Assembly: GCA_964247055.1 (NCBI GenBank)
Contig: OZ176055.1
Location: 1,054,001-1,118,000, forward strand
Reading direction: 5' to 3'
Source of the DNA: Paragordius varius
Taxonomy: Eukaryota; Animalia; Nematomorpha
Length of the DNA: 64,000 nt
Below, in pieces: positions 25,255 to 38,400 of this stretch. Positions within the stretch are counted from its first letter, which is position 1; each line of letters starts with the position of its first letter. The notes under the pieces were generated by a model. The model ran no database searches and had not been told where the DNA came from. It was given only the letters and a program-made list of their open reading frames with translations. The position numbers and the translations under genes were made by a program.

Positions 25255-25461
25255 TTTATATATATATGTGTTAAAAATCGAAAATATACAGATAAACGTA
25301 ATAATATAAATACAAATTTTAAGAAACCGGAGATTTTTATACCTTCATAATTATTTAAATGTAAATATATATTTAGTACCTATTCAATTTCTATTTCATT
25401 AGAATTCAAAACAATGAGTATTTAAAAATTTAAATAAATATAGCGACCTTTATGTGTGTAA

Positions 25462-26008
25462 CACCTGGATATAACGCATTCATTTCAGTCCTTCGATTCA
25501 AATTGGGGTAGTTAGGTACACCAGGCTTGTTTAAAATTAAATATTTTAAAAAATATGGAAAAAATTGCCACCGCAAAAGTTTGCACTTATATAACATACT
25601 AAACAGAAATATAATAAAAAAATATTCAATGCTGGATGAAAATTATATTCAGAGGAAAAAACCCTAAAGTAAAAATTTAGCCAACATGGCATGTGTGCTG
25701 AAGCTAAATGTAAAATGCAAACATACCACTTTTTCTGTTTATATCAATGTTAAATGTGATTTTAATAAAAAAGTAATTTTAAGGCTTAGAATCAAACACA
25801 ATATTTCAATAATGTTCTAAAATAATGGCGTCCAAGTTGATCCGGAACTTTTTTTCCAGAACTAAGTTTTATTAGAATATTTTAGTTTATTTATGTAATT
25901 TCTTTTAGAAGCATAAATTTAAACTGAAACTGTTTCTTTTACTAGTTTTTTTAATTTCAGCTTAAAAATTGATTGGGGTTTTCAGATACCCCAATTTGAA
26001 TCGAAGTG
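25462..26008. mobile_element. piggyBac-like MITE copy
   Basis: CACCTGGATA...AATCGAAGTG; flanks gtaa / ataa are degenerate TTAA. Confidence 0.6.
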
Positions 26009-27266
26009 ATAATTACATTAAATTTTAATTTTAAATTATAAATTACCAAATCTTTTGTAATATTTAAGTACAAACAATTGATCCTGTCCTTTTTGAGTGT
26101 TTTGGTATGCAATTACATTTAAATATGTATTGTCTTGATTCTCATAAGTAATAAAACATTCGTCGCTCTAGAAAGTGAAATTTGGAATATACAGGATTAT
26201 TTTGTTCAATTTTTTAAAAAAAGGGGATATTTGATAATAAAAATACTTCTAAAACACATAAACAAACACTAACTTTTTACAGAAAGCAATATTTGTCCTT
26301 TTAATTTTATCAAAATGGTTACGATTGGGATTTATATATTTGTTCGCATCTCTAATAATTCTTATTCGACTCAAACAAAGCAATATGGGTGTTATTAAAT
26401 TAAGGATAAAACATACGCTAAAAATAATTAATTATTTATTGACGCATTAAAAAATATGCAAAATGTCAAAAAATCAAATTGTTTAAATTCAAATATAATT
26501 AAAGAGCTAACCCGTTCCACATCAATAAGTTTATTCGTGTGCCTATTTCTAACTTCCAACATCATAGAACAATTTTTTATAGTTTGGTCCTTTATATAAA
26601 TGGTATTATCTCCTTGTTGTTGAGTTATCGGCAAATATTTTTCAAGATCAAGGCATATTTTGTTATCAGTTCCTTCAATTTCATGGGGTTGATAGGCTTA
26701 AAAACCAGATAAATAATTTAAAATTTAAGAGTTAAGGAAACAATAAATTTCAGAGTCAGTTTATATTTATTTTTTGTATGGCTTGACAAATTTAAATTAA
26801 AAAAAAGGATTTGTCAGATTTAGAAACTTGTTATTATGTTAATACCTATAGGCGCTGAGTGGGTTGCCTTTATATCACGCATATGTTTTTAATTATCCAA
26901 ATCTAAAATTTATTTTATTTGAATTCTATATAAAAATATAATTTTATATTTAATAAATATGTAGATTCCTCTTATATAAAAAAACAGGTGCAGAAATTTT
27001 AAACTAACCTTTTTTCCATAATACATTAAACTTATAATAACCCTTTAGGGCTCTTGACTAACCAAATCTGAAAATAATGGAAAATTACAAAAATAGGATA
27101 CAGGTTAAAAAAGGTAGTATGATCAAGTAAACAATTGATTTTAGTTGGTCGAGAAATTTTAGATAGGGATTTGCAAATTAACTAAACACCGTGTTGTAAG
27201 AAAAAATTTAATGGTAGTTTTGTATTTTCAATTTAAGATTGTGAGATGGTTAGATATTTTAGGTTA

Positions 27267-27840
27267 CTAGTGTAAATCTCGTGCTGCTATGCAGCCCGAG
27301 GAAGTCCTTCGGACTTCTGGGGGGGAGGGGCTATTTGAAAAAAGGAACAATAAAATGATCCAAATATGTGAATTATTTCGAAACATTATTTAATAGCTAT
27401 GATATCATAAAAATTTCAAAACGGTGCATTCATACTAATACATTGTTTACTTGGGCGAAAAATAGATTCTAAAAATTATTTTTGTGGACTTTGTTTTTTG
27501 AAAAAAATGGCATTTTACGGGGGGTGCGGGTAAAAAGCGGGCCTAAATTAAAAAAAGCGAGACGACTATGTTCGGCGCAATCGAGAATAACTAAACAAAA
27601 ATCATATTTGAAATTGAATGGTCCAACACGTTCTCCGGAAAATTGTCTCAAAGACACGATTTTTGTGAACTTTTGTTTTTAAAAAAAACCATTTTTCACA
27701 CGCTATTTTAAAAAAAGGACGAAGCTATTGTCAGCATTTATTAATGATTATATTTTTTTGATATTTAGATTTGAATGGGTTTACCGGTTTTCGGTGAAAC
27801 AGATCACAAAGCCAGCATTTTCCATTTTTATAAATATATA
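27267..27840 (-). mobile_element. Short non-autonomous Helitron-like copy lacking the tandem array
   Basis: Minus-strand 3' end GAAGTCCGAAGGACTTC-CTCGGGCTGCATAGCAGCACGAG-ATTTACA-CTAG|T; the 5' ~380 bp matches 547-930. Confidence 0.75.
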
Positions 27841-28405
27841 AATAATTCTTTTTTATCGCTATTTCTTCCTATTAGCCAATATTATTTCCTCTTAACTCTA
27901 AATACTATCTGGGAATAATTAAGGTAAAAATGTATAAATGTAATCATTAAAAGACATACCATTAATAACGACATAGGTGCTACAGGTATTGAAACAGGAC
28001 AAAACACCCATGAGGAATATTGGGATTGTGATTGTATTCATGTGATAAATAAAAGTAAAATAAAAATATCTCCTCAAACCTTTCTTTATACATATCTTTT
28101 AGTATATTTCAATTTTTTTAAAAATATTTTTGTTTGCGCAATGCAAATATTTGTTCTTAAAATGATGCACAAATTTATAATTTTCAGGGTCGTGATATCC
28201 GTAAGACCTTGAAAATAAAAATTTTACCAATCGCCTTATGTGACCTTAGCGCTCAACCAAAAAAATTGTACAAAATTTTTTACATATATATAGGTGCTAA
28301 AATATTTTTTTGATATTTGATCAACGCAATTTCGTTTGAATATATGTCACCCCGATGACCTTGTTTACATTTTGCAAAATAAATTAAACAAATAATATTT
28401 AGATT

Positions 28406-28640
28406 AGGGTGGTGTCCAACATACGGCCCTCTAAGATTTATGTGTGGCCCGCGTAGAAATTTAAGAAAATTACCAAATAATAAACAAAATAATTTAGTAA
28501 TATGAAAAATATGTTCACAACTTCTTAGTTAAAACGGATAATAATCAAACATTTTCCGTATGAATCTTTTAAAGATTTTGGCAGCCATTCTTATAAATGT
28601 CCACATATATTGTTTGTGAATGCGGCCGGAGCAATTGATG
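28406..28640. mobile_element. hAT-type MITE fragment
   Basis: GGTGTCCAACATACGGCCC..GTGGCCCGCG left end; the right end is decayed. Confidence 0.4.
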
Positions 28641-29402
28641 GTCACTCACTCGTAATTAAGACGGATAGCTCCAACATTTAATTTTAAATGCTAAAATTAT
28701 CACAAAATTTTTAAAGAGAGATATATATAGCTCATATTTTTTTGACCATTAAACAATCATCTATATATATATTTAATCACTAATTCCGATATTACTTAGG
28801 CACCCTAAAGTAAGCAAATTTATTATATATCCAAGCAATTCCTTATAATATATAATATAACTTTGAATTATATGTGTTATCAAAATATTTTATATTTTGG
28901 GCGTTTACTCAAAATATATTAATTAGTATTATGGGAAATCAGTAGGTTTTTTTAATAACTAAAAAGTTGTATAATTTGCTTAAAATTTATCTTATGCATT
29001 ATAAAATAATAAACATATTTAATGAATAATACATGAAATTTTTATTCGATTCGATTGTGTTATTGAGGATGACAATAGTCCTCTATATAAACATTCAGGG
29101 TTCGACAACCATTTTAAATATAATTTTTGATACAGGCCCATAAATTTATTTTAAATCTGTATGCCAAATATTTTTTCATTTTAATTATTCGTAAACTATG
29201 CGTTTTGGCGTCCCGCGCAAAACAATATAACATCAGACAGAATATTTTCACATTCACAACCGTGTGATAAAAAAATTTGAACAATGTTAATTGTGATGCC
29301 TATTATAATAATGATAGTTAACTTTTTTAGAAATTTTTTATTTTGCTACTACCAAATTATTGCAAGTCCATGCTTATATAACAATAATTATATAATTACT
29401 AA

Positions 29403-31363
29403 CTGGCCCTGTCACGCTTCGCTGTGACGCAGTCTCACCGATAATTATTCCTAATAATTTACAATAAATAGAGTTAATGGATATAAAAAAATATCAAAAA
29501 ACATATTTAATAACAAAAATATCTTTTACGGGTTTTTGCATGGCTGAAATATTGTTTACTGTGAAATTAACCATATTTAATCTGTCCCTTATTAAAGTTA
29601 ATATTCAACGATCATTGGGTTTATTTTAATTTCTTACGAAATGATTTTCCCTTTTTAAAGGAAATGATATACAATTTCCCCAGAAATTTTTTAACTAAAC
29701 TTATATGGCTTCCTAAGTTTTTTGAAGATTAGCTCCAAAACCACCCCATTTTTGTATGGTGTCTCAGTTTTAAACCGGTAGAACCCTGCACTTAGACCTT
29801 TATGGGAAAAGCGCTGAGTTAAATTTTTTGCCTAGGGCCAATATTTAGAATCATTTTTGATACCATCGTATCATGGGTTGTTCGAAAAAATACCCCAACA
29901 TTAAAGGCGTATTTTTAGGGGATAAAGCGGCTAATAAAAAACGCCTGACCTTTTTTACCTAGTTATGGGAATTATTTCAAGCTTGTAATGAGCTCACATG
30001 GCGTCATAAATTTTCTGTGAATTAGCTCCAAAACAATGCAATTTATAGTGGAGCAGTTTTTGGCGGGTAGTTCAGGGCAGGTATAAAAAGGGACTTGGGG
30101 AATATCTGGAATTATCATGGATTCCATGTGTTCCTATTAGATTCATAGGATTTCTAAAACTCGGCTCCAAAGGCATGCTGTATCGATATGGTGACGCAGT
30201 TTTACGCGGGTAGCCCCCTAACAAGGGGGGAAACAAAAAAACGCTCGAATAAAATTTTTGTCTTAATTCGGGTACCTGGTCATGATTACATATTCTATAT
30301 AAGATTTTTGACAAATGACCTCAAAACCAAAAAATCATTCTATGGTGGCGCATTTTTCAGGGCAAGAGCCTAATTAAGGGGTAATTTAATAAAACCGCTT
30401 TACTTAAATTTTTGCCTTTTTACGGGTAATATTTCAGGCCCTTATTGAGTTCATATGGCCTGATAAGTTTTCTATATTTTCCTCCAAAGTCACGCTGTAT
30501 CGATATGGTGGCGCAGTTTTTGGCAGTAGCCCCTTACCCAGATGCCAATATAAAGACGTTCGACGAAAATGTGTGCCTTTTTACAGAGAATACCTGGAAT
30601 CATGATTGATTCCATATGTTTTCATTAGGTGTTGGAAAAAATGTCTCAAAATTAAAAAATCATTCTATGGTGGTGCATTTTCAGGGCATGAAGGACCTAA
30701 TTAACGGCTAATTTTGAAAAACCATACCACCAAATTTTTGGTCTGTTACGGGTAATATACCTATTAACTCATATGGCCTGATAGGTTTTCTGAAATTTAG
30801 CCCCAAAGACACGCTATTTCGATATGATGGGGCAGTTCCTAGGTGGTATCTTCTTACCAGCACTCAATATAAAAAGAACGCACGACTAAATTGCCTTTTA
30901 ACATGGAATATCTGGAATCCTAATTAATTTTTACGGTCTCATACCTTGAGAGAAAAATGGATTCAAAAAATTATTTTTGTGGACTTAGTTTTTTTTAAAA
31001 AAAATGGCATTTTACGGGGATGGGGGGGAGCGGGTAAAAAGAGGGCCTAAATTGAAAAAGCGAGCCGAGTATGTTCGGCGCAATCAAAAATAAGTAAAAA
31101 AATCATATTTGAAATCAAATGGTCCAACACGTTTTAAGGAAAATTGTCTCAAACACACGATTTTTGTGGACTTTTGCTTTCAAAAAAATCCGTTTTTTAC
31201 ACGAGGTGGGCCCGAACTGGGGGCCTAATTTAAAAAAAGGGCGAAGCTATTGTCGGGGCATTTATTAATGATTATATTTTTTCGACATTTGGATTTGAAT
31301 GGGTTTATTGGTTTTCCGGAAAACAGATCACAAAGCCAGCATTTTCCATTTTTAGAAATATAA
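29403..31363 (-). mobile_element. Helitron-like element with tandem array and a different 3' terminus
   Basis: The 5' end is shared with the 547 copy, followed by ~4 tandem units. Minus-strand 3' hairpin GTCACAGCGAAGCGTGAC then CCAG|T. Confidence 0.68.
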
Positions 31364-32614
31364 TAACTATAATTTTTCTATGACAATAAATTTTACAACA
31401 TATCCCTGCCTAAATATAAATTAAGTGGCTTCTTTTTATAATAAAACTCCCCTTTTTTAACTATATTATCGGTAATCATTGGGGTTTTACTGTTTCATGT
31501 GCAATAAGACTCCCCTACATCTTTTAAAGGAAAGGAATTACGGTATGAGTAAATACACATTGCTAGTCTTTTATTAAATATTTCCAGGTAACATATACAG
31601 CAAAGAGCTCTTTTATTAGCTAATAGCAGTATATAGCAAAATAAAAAAACATAGGCTAACATCTCTCTTTTCTTTATATGTTATCGGGATCAAAGGTTTC
31701 AAAACTGTTCTTGTTAAACCAAAATGAAACTCTATATAAAGGGGGCTAAAACGGTGATCGTTGCAAGCAAACAAACCTTCAAATTAAAATTCTCAATAGT
31801 AATGTTAGTCATTAAATTATATGAAAAAAGGGTTATATTATATCTTAAAGCGTTATACCGTTTACATCATGCTTTAAAATAGTTTGAAGTACGCTTCGAC
31901 ATAATATCTCAAATTTTTTTATGCAAAAAATAAGAAAACTAATAAAAATTAAAGTTTAGAAAAAATTAGGTAATAACAGACCTCTTAGAGTATAGAAACG
32001 TAAAAACTCTTAATTATTACGAAAAAAAGGTTATTTCGAAATCATATGCCATATATAATAAATTTTAAATCTAGCTACGGTAATAACAATTGTTTATACA
32101 ATTTTCCTTTTAATAATTTTAACAAAAAATTAACTTTTTAAACTTGATCAAACATTTATTAAAATATTATAAATTAATTTTATTAATATTAAATTTTGAG
32201 GCCTATTTTTGCGGAAGCCCTTAGTGAAAGAGCCATTAGCCTGAATCTTACGGTAAAGTCGAGATTTATAGTTTCGCCACTGCGCGAAAGGCTGCAATCC
32301 AAGCGGTTTGACGGATTCAAAATCCAATTTTATGTATAATTCGAGCAGAAATAAAATATTAACCCATTAAAAATAGGCCAATACTAGTTGTTTACCCCAA
32401 AATGAATCATTTGGAATTGTTTTTACAGAAGGTACTATATCAAAAAAATAATTTTTCTTATGAATAAATAAAAGGTAATTAATATATATTCATAAATAAT
32501 TAATTTTTTTAAATTTCAAAAAGCAGTACAGAAGTGGGCGCAGTACAGTCGCAGTTATTTTCTGAAAATCCAGTACTGTACTGCAAAAAACAGCCTATCT
32601 GGTCACATTAGTGC

Positions 32615-33970
32615 GTTAGGGCATAAAGGACCCGAATTAACGGCTATTAAAAACGTCTGACCTTAATTTTTCCTAGTTGTTACAGGTAATATTTCAAGTT
32701 TTAATGAGATATTTCGTAAATTTTCTGTAAATCCAAAACAACGCAATATCAAAATATAGTGGCGCAGTTTTTGGCGGGTAGCTCCTTACCCAGGGGCAGG
32801 TATAAAAAAAGCGTTGGGCAAAATTTTCGCCTTTATATGGGGAATATTTGGAATCATCAAGGTTTCCATATGTTCCTATAAGTTCTTAGAAATATTGCTT
32901 TAAAACTAAAAAAATGTTCTATGGTGGTGCATTTTTCACGTATAACGACTCATTAAAATAACCCCCTATACTAAAATATTTTAGATGGTAATAATATTTT
33001 AGGCCCTTATTAAGTTCACATAGTCTCTGGTTTTCTGAAATTTGGCTCCAAAGGCAAGCATGCTGTATCAATATAGTGACGCAGTTTTACGCATGTAGCC
33101 CCCTAACCAGGGACGAAACAAAAAAAACGTTCGATTAAAATTATTGCCTTATTCTATATTCTCTATAAGATTTTTGGCAAATTGCCTCAAAACCAAAAAG
33201 TCATTCTATGGTGGAGTAATTTTTAGGGCAAGGGCCTAATTAAGGTGTATCTCTCTTAATTTTTGCCTTAATGGGTAATTTTTCAAGCCCTTACTGAACT
33301 CATATGGCCTGATAAGTTTTTTAAAATGTGCCTCCAAAGTCACGCTGCATCGATATGGTGGCGCAGTTGTTGGCGGGTACACCCTATCCAGAACCCAATA
33401 AAAGACGCTGGAAATTTTTGCCTTTATAGGGGAATATCTGGAATCATCGTTCATTCCATATGTTCTTAATAGTTTTTGGAAAAATGGCCTCAAACTAAAT
33501 AATAGTTGAATGATAGCGTATTTTTTAGGGCGTTAAGAGCCTATTAATGGCTTAAAATAACCGCTCGACTTAAATTGCATTTTTACGGGTAATATTTGAG
33601 GCCCTTATTGAACTCGTATGTCCAGAGAAGTTTTCTGAAAATTAACTCCTAAACAATGCGATTTCGATATAGTGGCGTAGTTTTAGGCGGGTAGGTTGAT
33701 TCAAAAAAGGGCTTTATTAAAATTTTTGCCTTTTTACGGAGAATGTCTGGGATCATATTTGATTCCATATGCTCTCACTAGTTTTCAGAAAAATTGCGTC
33801 AAAACTGAAAATTATTCTATGGTGGCGCATTCAAGGCGCGAAGGAATTAATTAACGGTTAATTTTATAAAAACCGCACGACCTAAATTTTTGCCTTGTTA
33901 CGGATAATATTTCAAGCACTTTTTCAACTCATATGGTTCTGAAATTTAGCCCCAAAAACACGCTATTTCA
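32615..33970 (-). repeat. Tandem array (~4.5 x ~300 bp) of the Helitron internal unit, no termini seen
   Basis: The marker ATAT(A/G)GTG(G/A)CG(C/T)AG recurs at ~32757, 33072, 33352 and 33666. Confidence 0.75.
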
Positions 33971-34373
33971 AACAATAGTTTTACGACTTGGGGTAGATAA
34001 CTAAGCCACAATGTCATCGCGCATAAAAAAATAAAGTGTAATCAAATGTTAAAACTTAGCAAACAACCTTTAATTAACTTTGCACATTGTTAAACAAAAA
34101 CTTCTTATATATTTATGTGCCATATAACAAATGTTATAAGCACTGGTAAACAGGCTAAACGCTTATGTCAAATGAATTAAAAAAATTATAAATCATCACA
34201 ATACCAGAAGAATTTATACAAAAGGCCTTTGTTCGCAATAAAACAGTTCTAATATACTAAGTTGACTGCTAAGAAAGTGCCTTGTTATATATTTGCAAGG
34301 AGTAACAGAATTTAAAAATTTATGATAACACGGCCAAACAGAGTTCTCGATCCTATTATCTAGAAGGTATAGA

Positions 34374-35432
34374 CCACGTACAATTCAAATTCACCCTAAA
34401 AATAAATGTTTTCGAACTAATATAACTGATAATTAATGTGAAATAATTCTTATGGTAATGTTTAGTAATTTTTCAGATTACAGTCATGAAGACTCTATTT
34501 TATCAAAAATTTACTTTTTTGAATGGGTTTAAATATTTGGTAAAAAACAAGAGCTCTATGGTATTAACCATAGCATATTCATTAGAAGAGTAAGAGAAGT
34601 GTGGGGGAAGGCGTCGAAAATCTTTGGTAAAAAATGAAAATACACTAACTACTAACCCTTCACTTAAAATTATTGTAAAAATGGTTAAGAAAATCGTAAT
34701 TTTTATCTCAATTTTTTTGTTTAAGCACTTGGATACAACACATTCATTTTAGTCCTTCGATTCAAATTGGGGTAGTTAAATACCCCAGGCATGTTTAAAA
34801 TTAGATTCTTTAGAAAATATGGAAGGAATCGAAACTATGGCAAAATCCTGCACTTATATAACATTAAGACCAAAATATATAAATTTTATTCAAATATACT
34901 TGATATTACTTATTTTAAGCTAAAACGAAAAGGTAAAAATTTAGTGAACGTGATATGTGTCAAATGATAAAATTTTAAAAAATACAAAATAAACCGCTTT
35001 TTCTATTTCTATCTATGTTATATGTAATTTAAATAAAAAATCAGCTTTTATTTTACCCTTAACAGTAAATGAAAACGAAATTTTGCAAAAATTTATAAAA
35101 AAATGGCGTCTAAGTAGCTTGACGTGGAGCTTTTTTTCAAAACAAAATTTTATCAAGATATTTTGGCATATTTATATAATTTTTGTCAGGATAGAAGCAT
35201 AAATTTGAATTAAGACCGTTTCCATCAGTAGTTTTCTGGGGTATTTATATACCCCAATTCGAATCGAAGTGTTAACGAAAAAAAGTAAATTTTGATAAAA
35301 TAAAGTCTACATGACTATATATTAATTTTAAACAAAATTTCAATTAATATTAAAAAAGGTAAATTTAAACTTTATAAAACACCACAATTTATTTTAGGGT
35401 GAATTGAATTAATGGGTGAATACTGCAAATGG
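34374..35432. mobile_element. MITE family A copy hosting a nested piggyBac-like MITE
   Basis: Left arm ~34374-34500; right arm ends GCAAATGG|TATA at 35432. Confidence 0.55.
34726..35271. mobile_element. piggyBac-like MITE copy
   Basis: CACTTGGATAC...GAATCGAAGTG|TTAA. Confidence 0.68.
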
Positions 35433-35767
35433 TATATTAATAATGTTGATAAAATGAGTGGGATTTTGGATTAATTAATGTCAAAGATTAAATCGTCAAT
35501 TTTAGATGATTCATATATCACTTATGCAGATTAACGGCCCATCAAACAAGACATATATTTACGTAAAATACCAAGCAAATAACATTAATTTTGGATCTTT
35601 CCAATAACCCAAGCAAATTAAAATTTTAATTCAGATATTACTGTTGATTTTACCAATTATAAAAGGATTTTAAACTAACTCATTAAAACAAGTAATATTA
35701 AATAGTTATTTAATGTTTATATTGTTTCAAAGAAGGAAACAGGTTATGATATAGTAATTATGACAAT

Positions 35768-36781
35768 TTAATCTCCAGCAATGGTGGTCTTCTCCGAAAC
35801 GTATATTCCGTCCAAAAAATAACGGATATCTTTCTTCTTGACCGTCGTGCACTGTTGAATCATAGCCGCTAACAATTAAATAAAAAGCAAATTTAAAATT
35901 TTATTAAAACATGTATTCAGGTGTGAATAACACACTTAATAAGTCATTAAAATATATTTTTAACAAAAACTCAGAGATATTGACAATTAAGATTGTAATA
36001 AAAAATTAAACTAAATAGCTTAAGAGATTGCGAAACTATAAACTCAAAAAACTAGTTGTAAATGGTTTAATTTGAGCTTTGTAATTAAAAATTTAGATAT
36101 ATGTAAAGTATATTACCAGATTGAGAAACTTTTTGTATATCGATGCCATCCAAAATAATTTCATCTTTTTGTTTCGTTGAAGAAACACATGTTACGTTCT
36201 CAGGTAATTTAACTTGTCGAATAAACTTTTCACCCAAAAAATTGCGGACTTCAACCACTTTGTTATCTTCCACCATGTTAATATTTATGGGGAAATGAGC
36301 ATATACCGATCGCATTTTATATCTAAAACCCTAAATAACCAGGAAAAAAAGTTAAATTAAAAACTTTTTTAAGAGTGAAAAAGAGTAAAAATTACGTCTG
36401 TAACTCCTTTAATCATATTTTTAATGTGACTGCATATCGTGCGTATAAGAGCAAGTTCCCGTTTATTTCCAAACCATTTTTCAACTTTTATCTTGTTTTT
36501 TCCAATTTTGTAAATCGATACTTGGATATGGCGAAAATCTTTGTTTAAAACACCACGAGGCCCTTTAATAGTGACGACTCTGGATTTAACTGCGGCTTCA
36601 ACTGCAAAAATATATATATTGAAGCATATTCTAATAAAAGGTATAAAATAAAATATTCTCATTGTCTGCCTTGTTATCATCATATTAACAGTAAAATATT
36701 TTAATCATTGATGATTCAATATATAAAATATAAACCATTATCCGGAATATCTACTATTTGAAAAGAATTAATCGTCTTCAT
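35768..36781 (-). CDS. RPL9: 60S ribosomal protein L9 (uL6), 188 aa, 4 exons
   Basis: Exons: 36781-36736, 36601-36396, 36330-36117, 35868-35768 (567 nt). [66 protein letters not shown]. Confidence 0.98.
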
Positions 36782-36792
36782 GTGTTGGTGCT

Positions 36793-36802
36793 GGAGGAAA
36801 GG
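36793..36802 (-). promoter_or_regulatory. TCT initiator / 5'TOP pyrimidine tract of RPL9
   Basis: CCTTTCCTCC ends 11 nt before the ATG and fits the YC+1TTTYY motif known at ribosomal-protein transcription starts. Confidence 0.7.
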
Positions 36803-38201
36803 CTGTCGACCAACCAAAAATAGTTAATTATGTTAAAATTTGAAGAATATAAAATATATATACATAATAATCCTAGGTGATATATTTAAAATTTTATATT
36901 ACATTGAATTAATATATCTAAAAATTACAACGTTTAAATCTTTACGATGCTTCAGAGTATATAAGCAACAAACTAGGCATTTTGAGATAAATTATTTATA
37001 AATCACTTCATACCTTAAAGTTACTGTCCGTAACATTTTTCATTTATTTTAAAATTACTAATCCATTAGAAAATCAAAAAATTTGAGACTGTCGCCATGC
37101 ATAAAAGTAAAAATTCAATTAATATTTTATAACCTTTTTACTTTTACGTCGGCAACATATTAGGGTTTCATACAAAGCTTAATCTTGTAAACAAACCACT
37201 GTTATTTAGTTTAGAAATAAATTATCGAAAATTCTTGTGAGGATAAATACGTTAACTAAATTGCTGATTAATGCGATCTTAGAGCCTACTAAACTTAATT
37301 ATTTTTGTTTTTTAACATAATATACATTAATTTGCCTATTTTTTGGTTAGAAAAATAAAAAAAACGGCGGCAAAAATGTTTGCTAGGGGTTTTTTTAGGT
37401 ATTTCTCAGGCTAATTCGGCCAAATACCTTGAGTACTTTTTAAGATATCCAAATTTTACATCACTCTTGAATTCAAAGGGTCAAGAAAGGTGATTACTGT
37501 TATTTGTTATTGTCTACTATCTATTTAATGATATTTTCTCCAAAATTTTTAGCCTTATAGGCTTACTGGTATAATAATATGAACAAACAACAAAAGATTA
37601 GATGATGTAGAATAACCAATATACCACGATAATTCTAAGAAAATTGTATCATATTTCAATCTAAATACATTTTTTAAATAAAATATGGGCTATGGGCTCT
37701 GCACCCTAATCAAAATTTTGATATACATTTCAACATGATGTATTTTTGTCTGATCTATAATTTATATATGGAATCTTTTAGATATAGCGAAATATTAAGA
37801 AAGATTGAAAGCTTATTCAAAAACATTTTCAATGCGCCGAATGGATTATATAATGCTAATTTGATAACTGCAGATGGGTATATACAAATAGTTAAAAATC
37901 AATTCCCTAGCTTTAAAATAGTTTGTGAATCGACCTGATACACAAAATAAACTCAAGGATATGAAAAAAATCTAAAAATGCTTCACCATTATATAAATTA
38001 ACTGATACATTGGTTGTAAAAAGTGACTTAACCATGATCTTAGTTAATGAAACCTAAGAAAATTAGGACATGACACCGAAAATGCCCAATATTTGCGTTA
38101 CGAGCCGTAAAAAGCGTCTATCAATTGTTTTTTTTAAAAAAATACTTTAAATTGTTTCGAGTCATTAGGTTTGCAAATGTAATTTTGATAAGCGGCAAAT
38201 A

Positions 38202-38400
38202 CAGGGGACAAATTTGAACAGAGACCCTGTCATTCTCAATGATATAAATTGAAATTTTCTCTAATTAATTTGAAATGGGTGCATATTTTGAAAAATGTTT
38301 CAAACCATTAGTTGAAACCCTTATTTTTTCTGGATGGAGTCAGACCGTGGGCAAATATACGATATGATTTAATCTCCATGGTATAAAAAATTAAGATTTT
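38202..38400. mobile_element. Possible Tc1/mariner remnant
   Basis: TA|CAGGGGACAAATTTG terminus and a decayed PRS.D..P.E-like motif on the minus strand; the partner TIR was not found. Confidence 0.25.

Noticed and set aside
27945-28055. Exon-like frame DIPINNDIGATGIETGQNTHEEYWDCDCIH
   Set aside because: No phase-compatible neighbouring exons were found and the resemblance to any family is too weak.
32190-32225. U5 snRNA-like AATTTTGAGGCC
   Set aside because: No loop-1 GCCTTTTAC and no upstream stem.
29830-33970. CRISPR-like or prokaryotic repeat array
   Set aside because: The units are ~300 bp and diverged with no spacers; the context is eukaryotic.
36602-36735. Box C/D snoRNA in RPL9 intron 1 (ATGATGA) and ORF start MMITRQT
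   Set aside because: There is no CTGA box D or terminal stem; the true exon 1 is 36781-36736.
37735-37938. 67-aa plus-strand ORF upstream of RPL9
   Set aside because: No recognisable motif or convincing splice chain.
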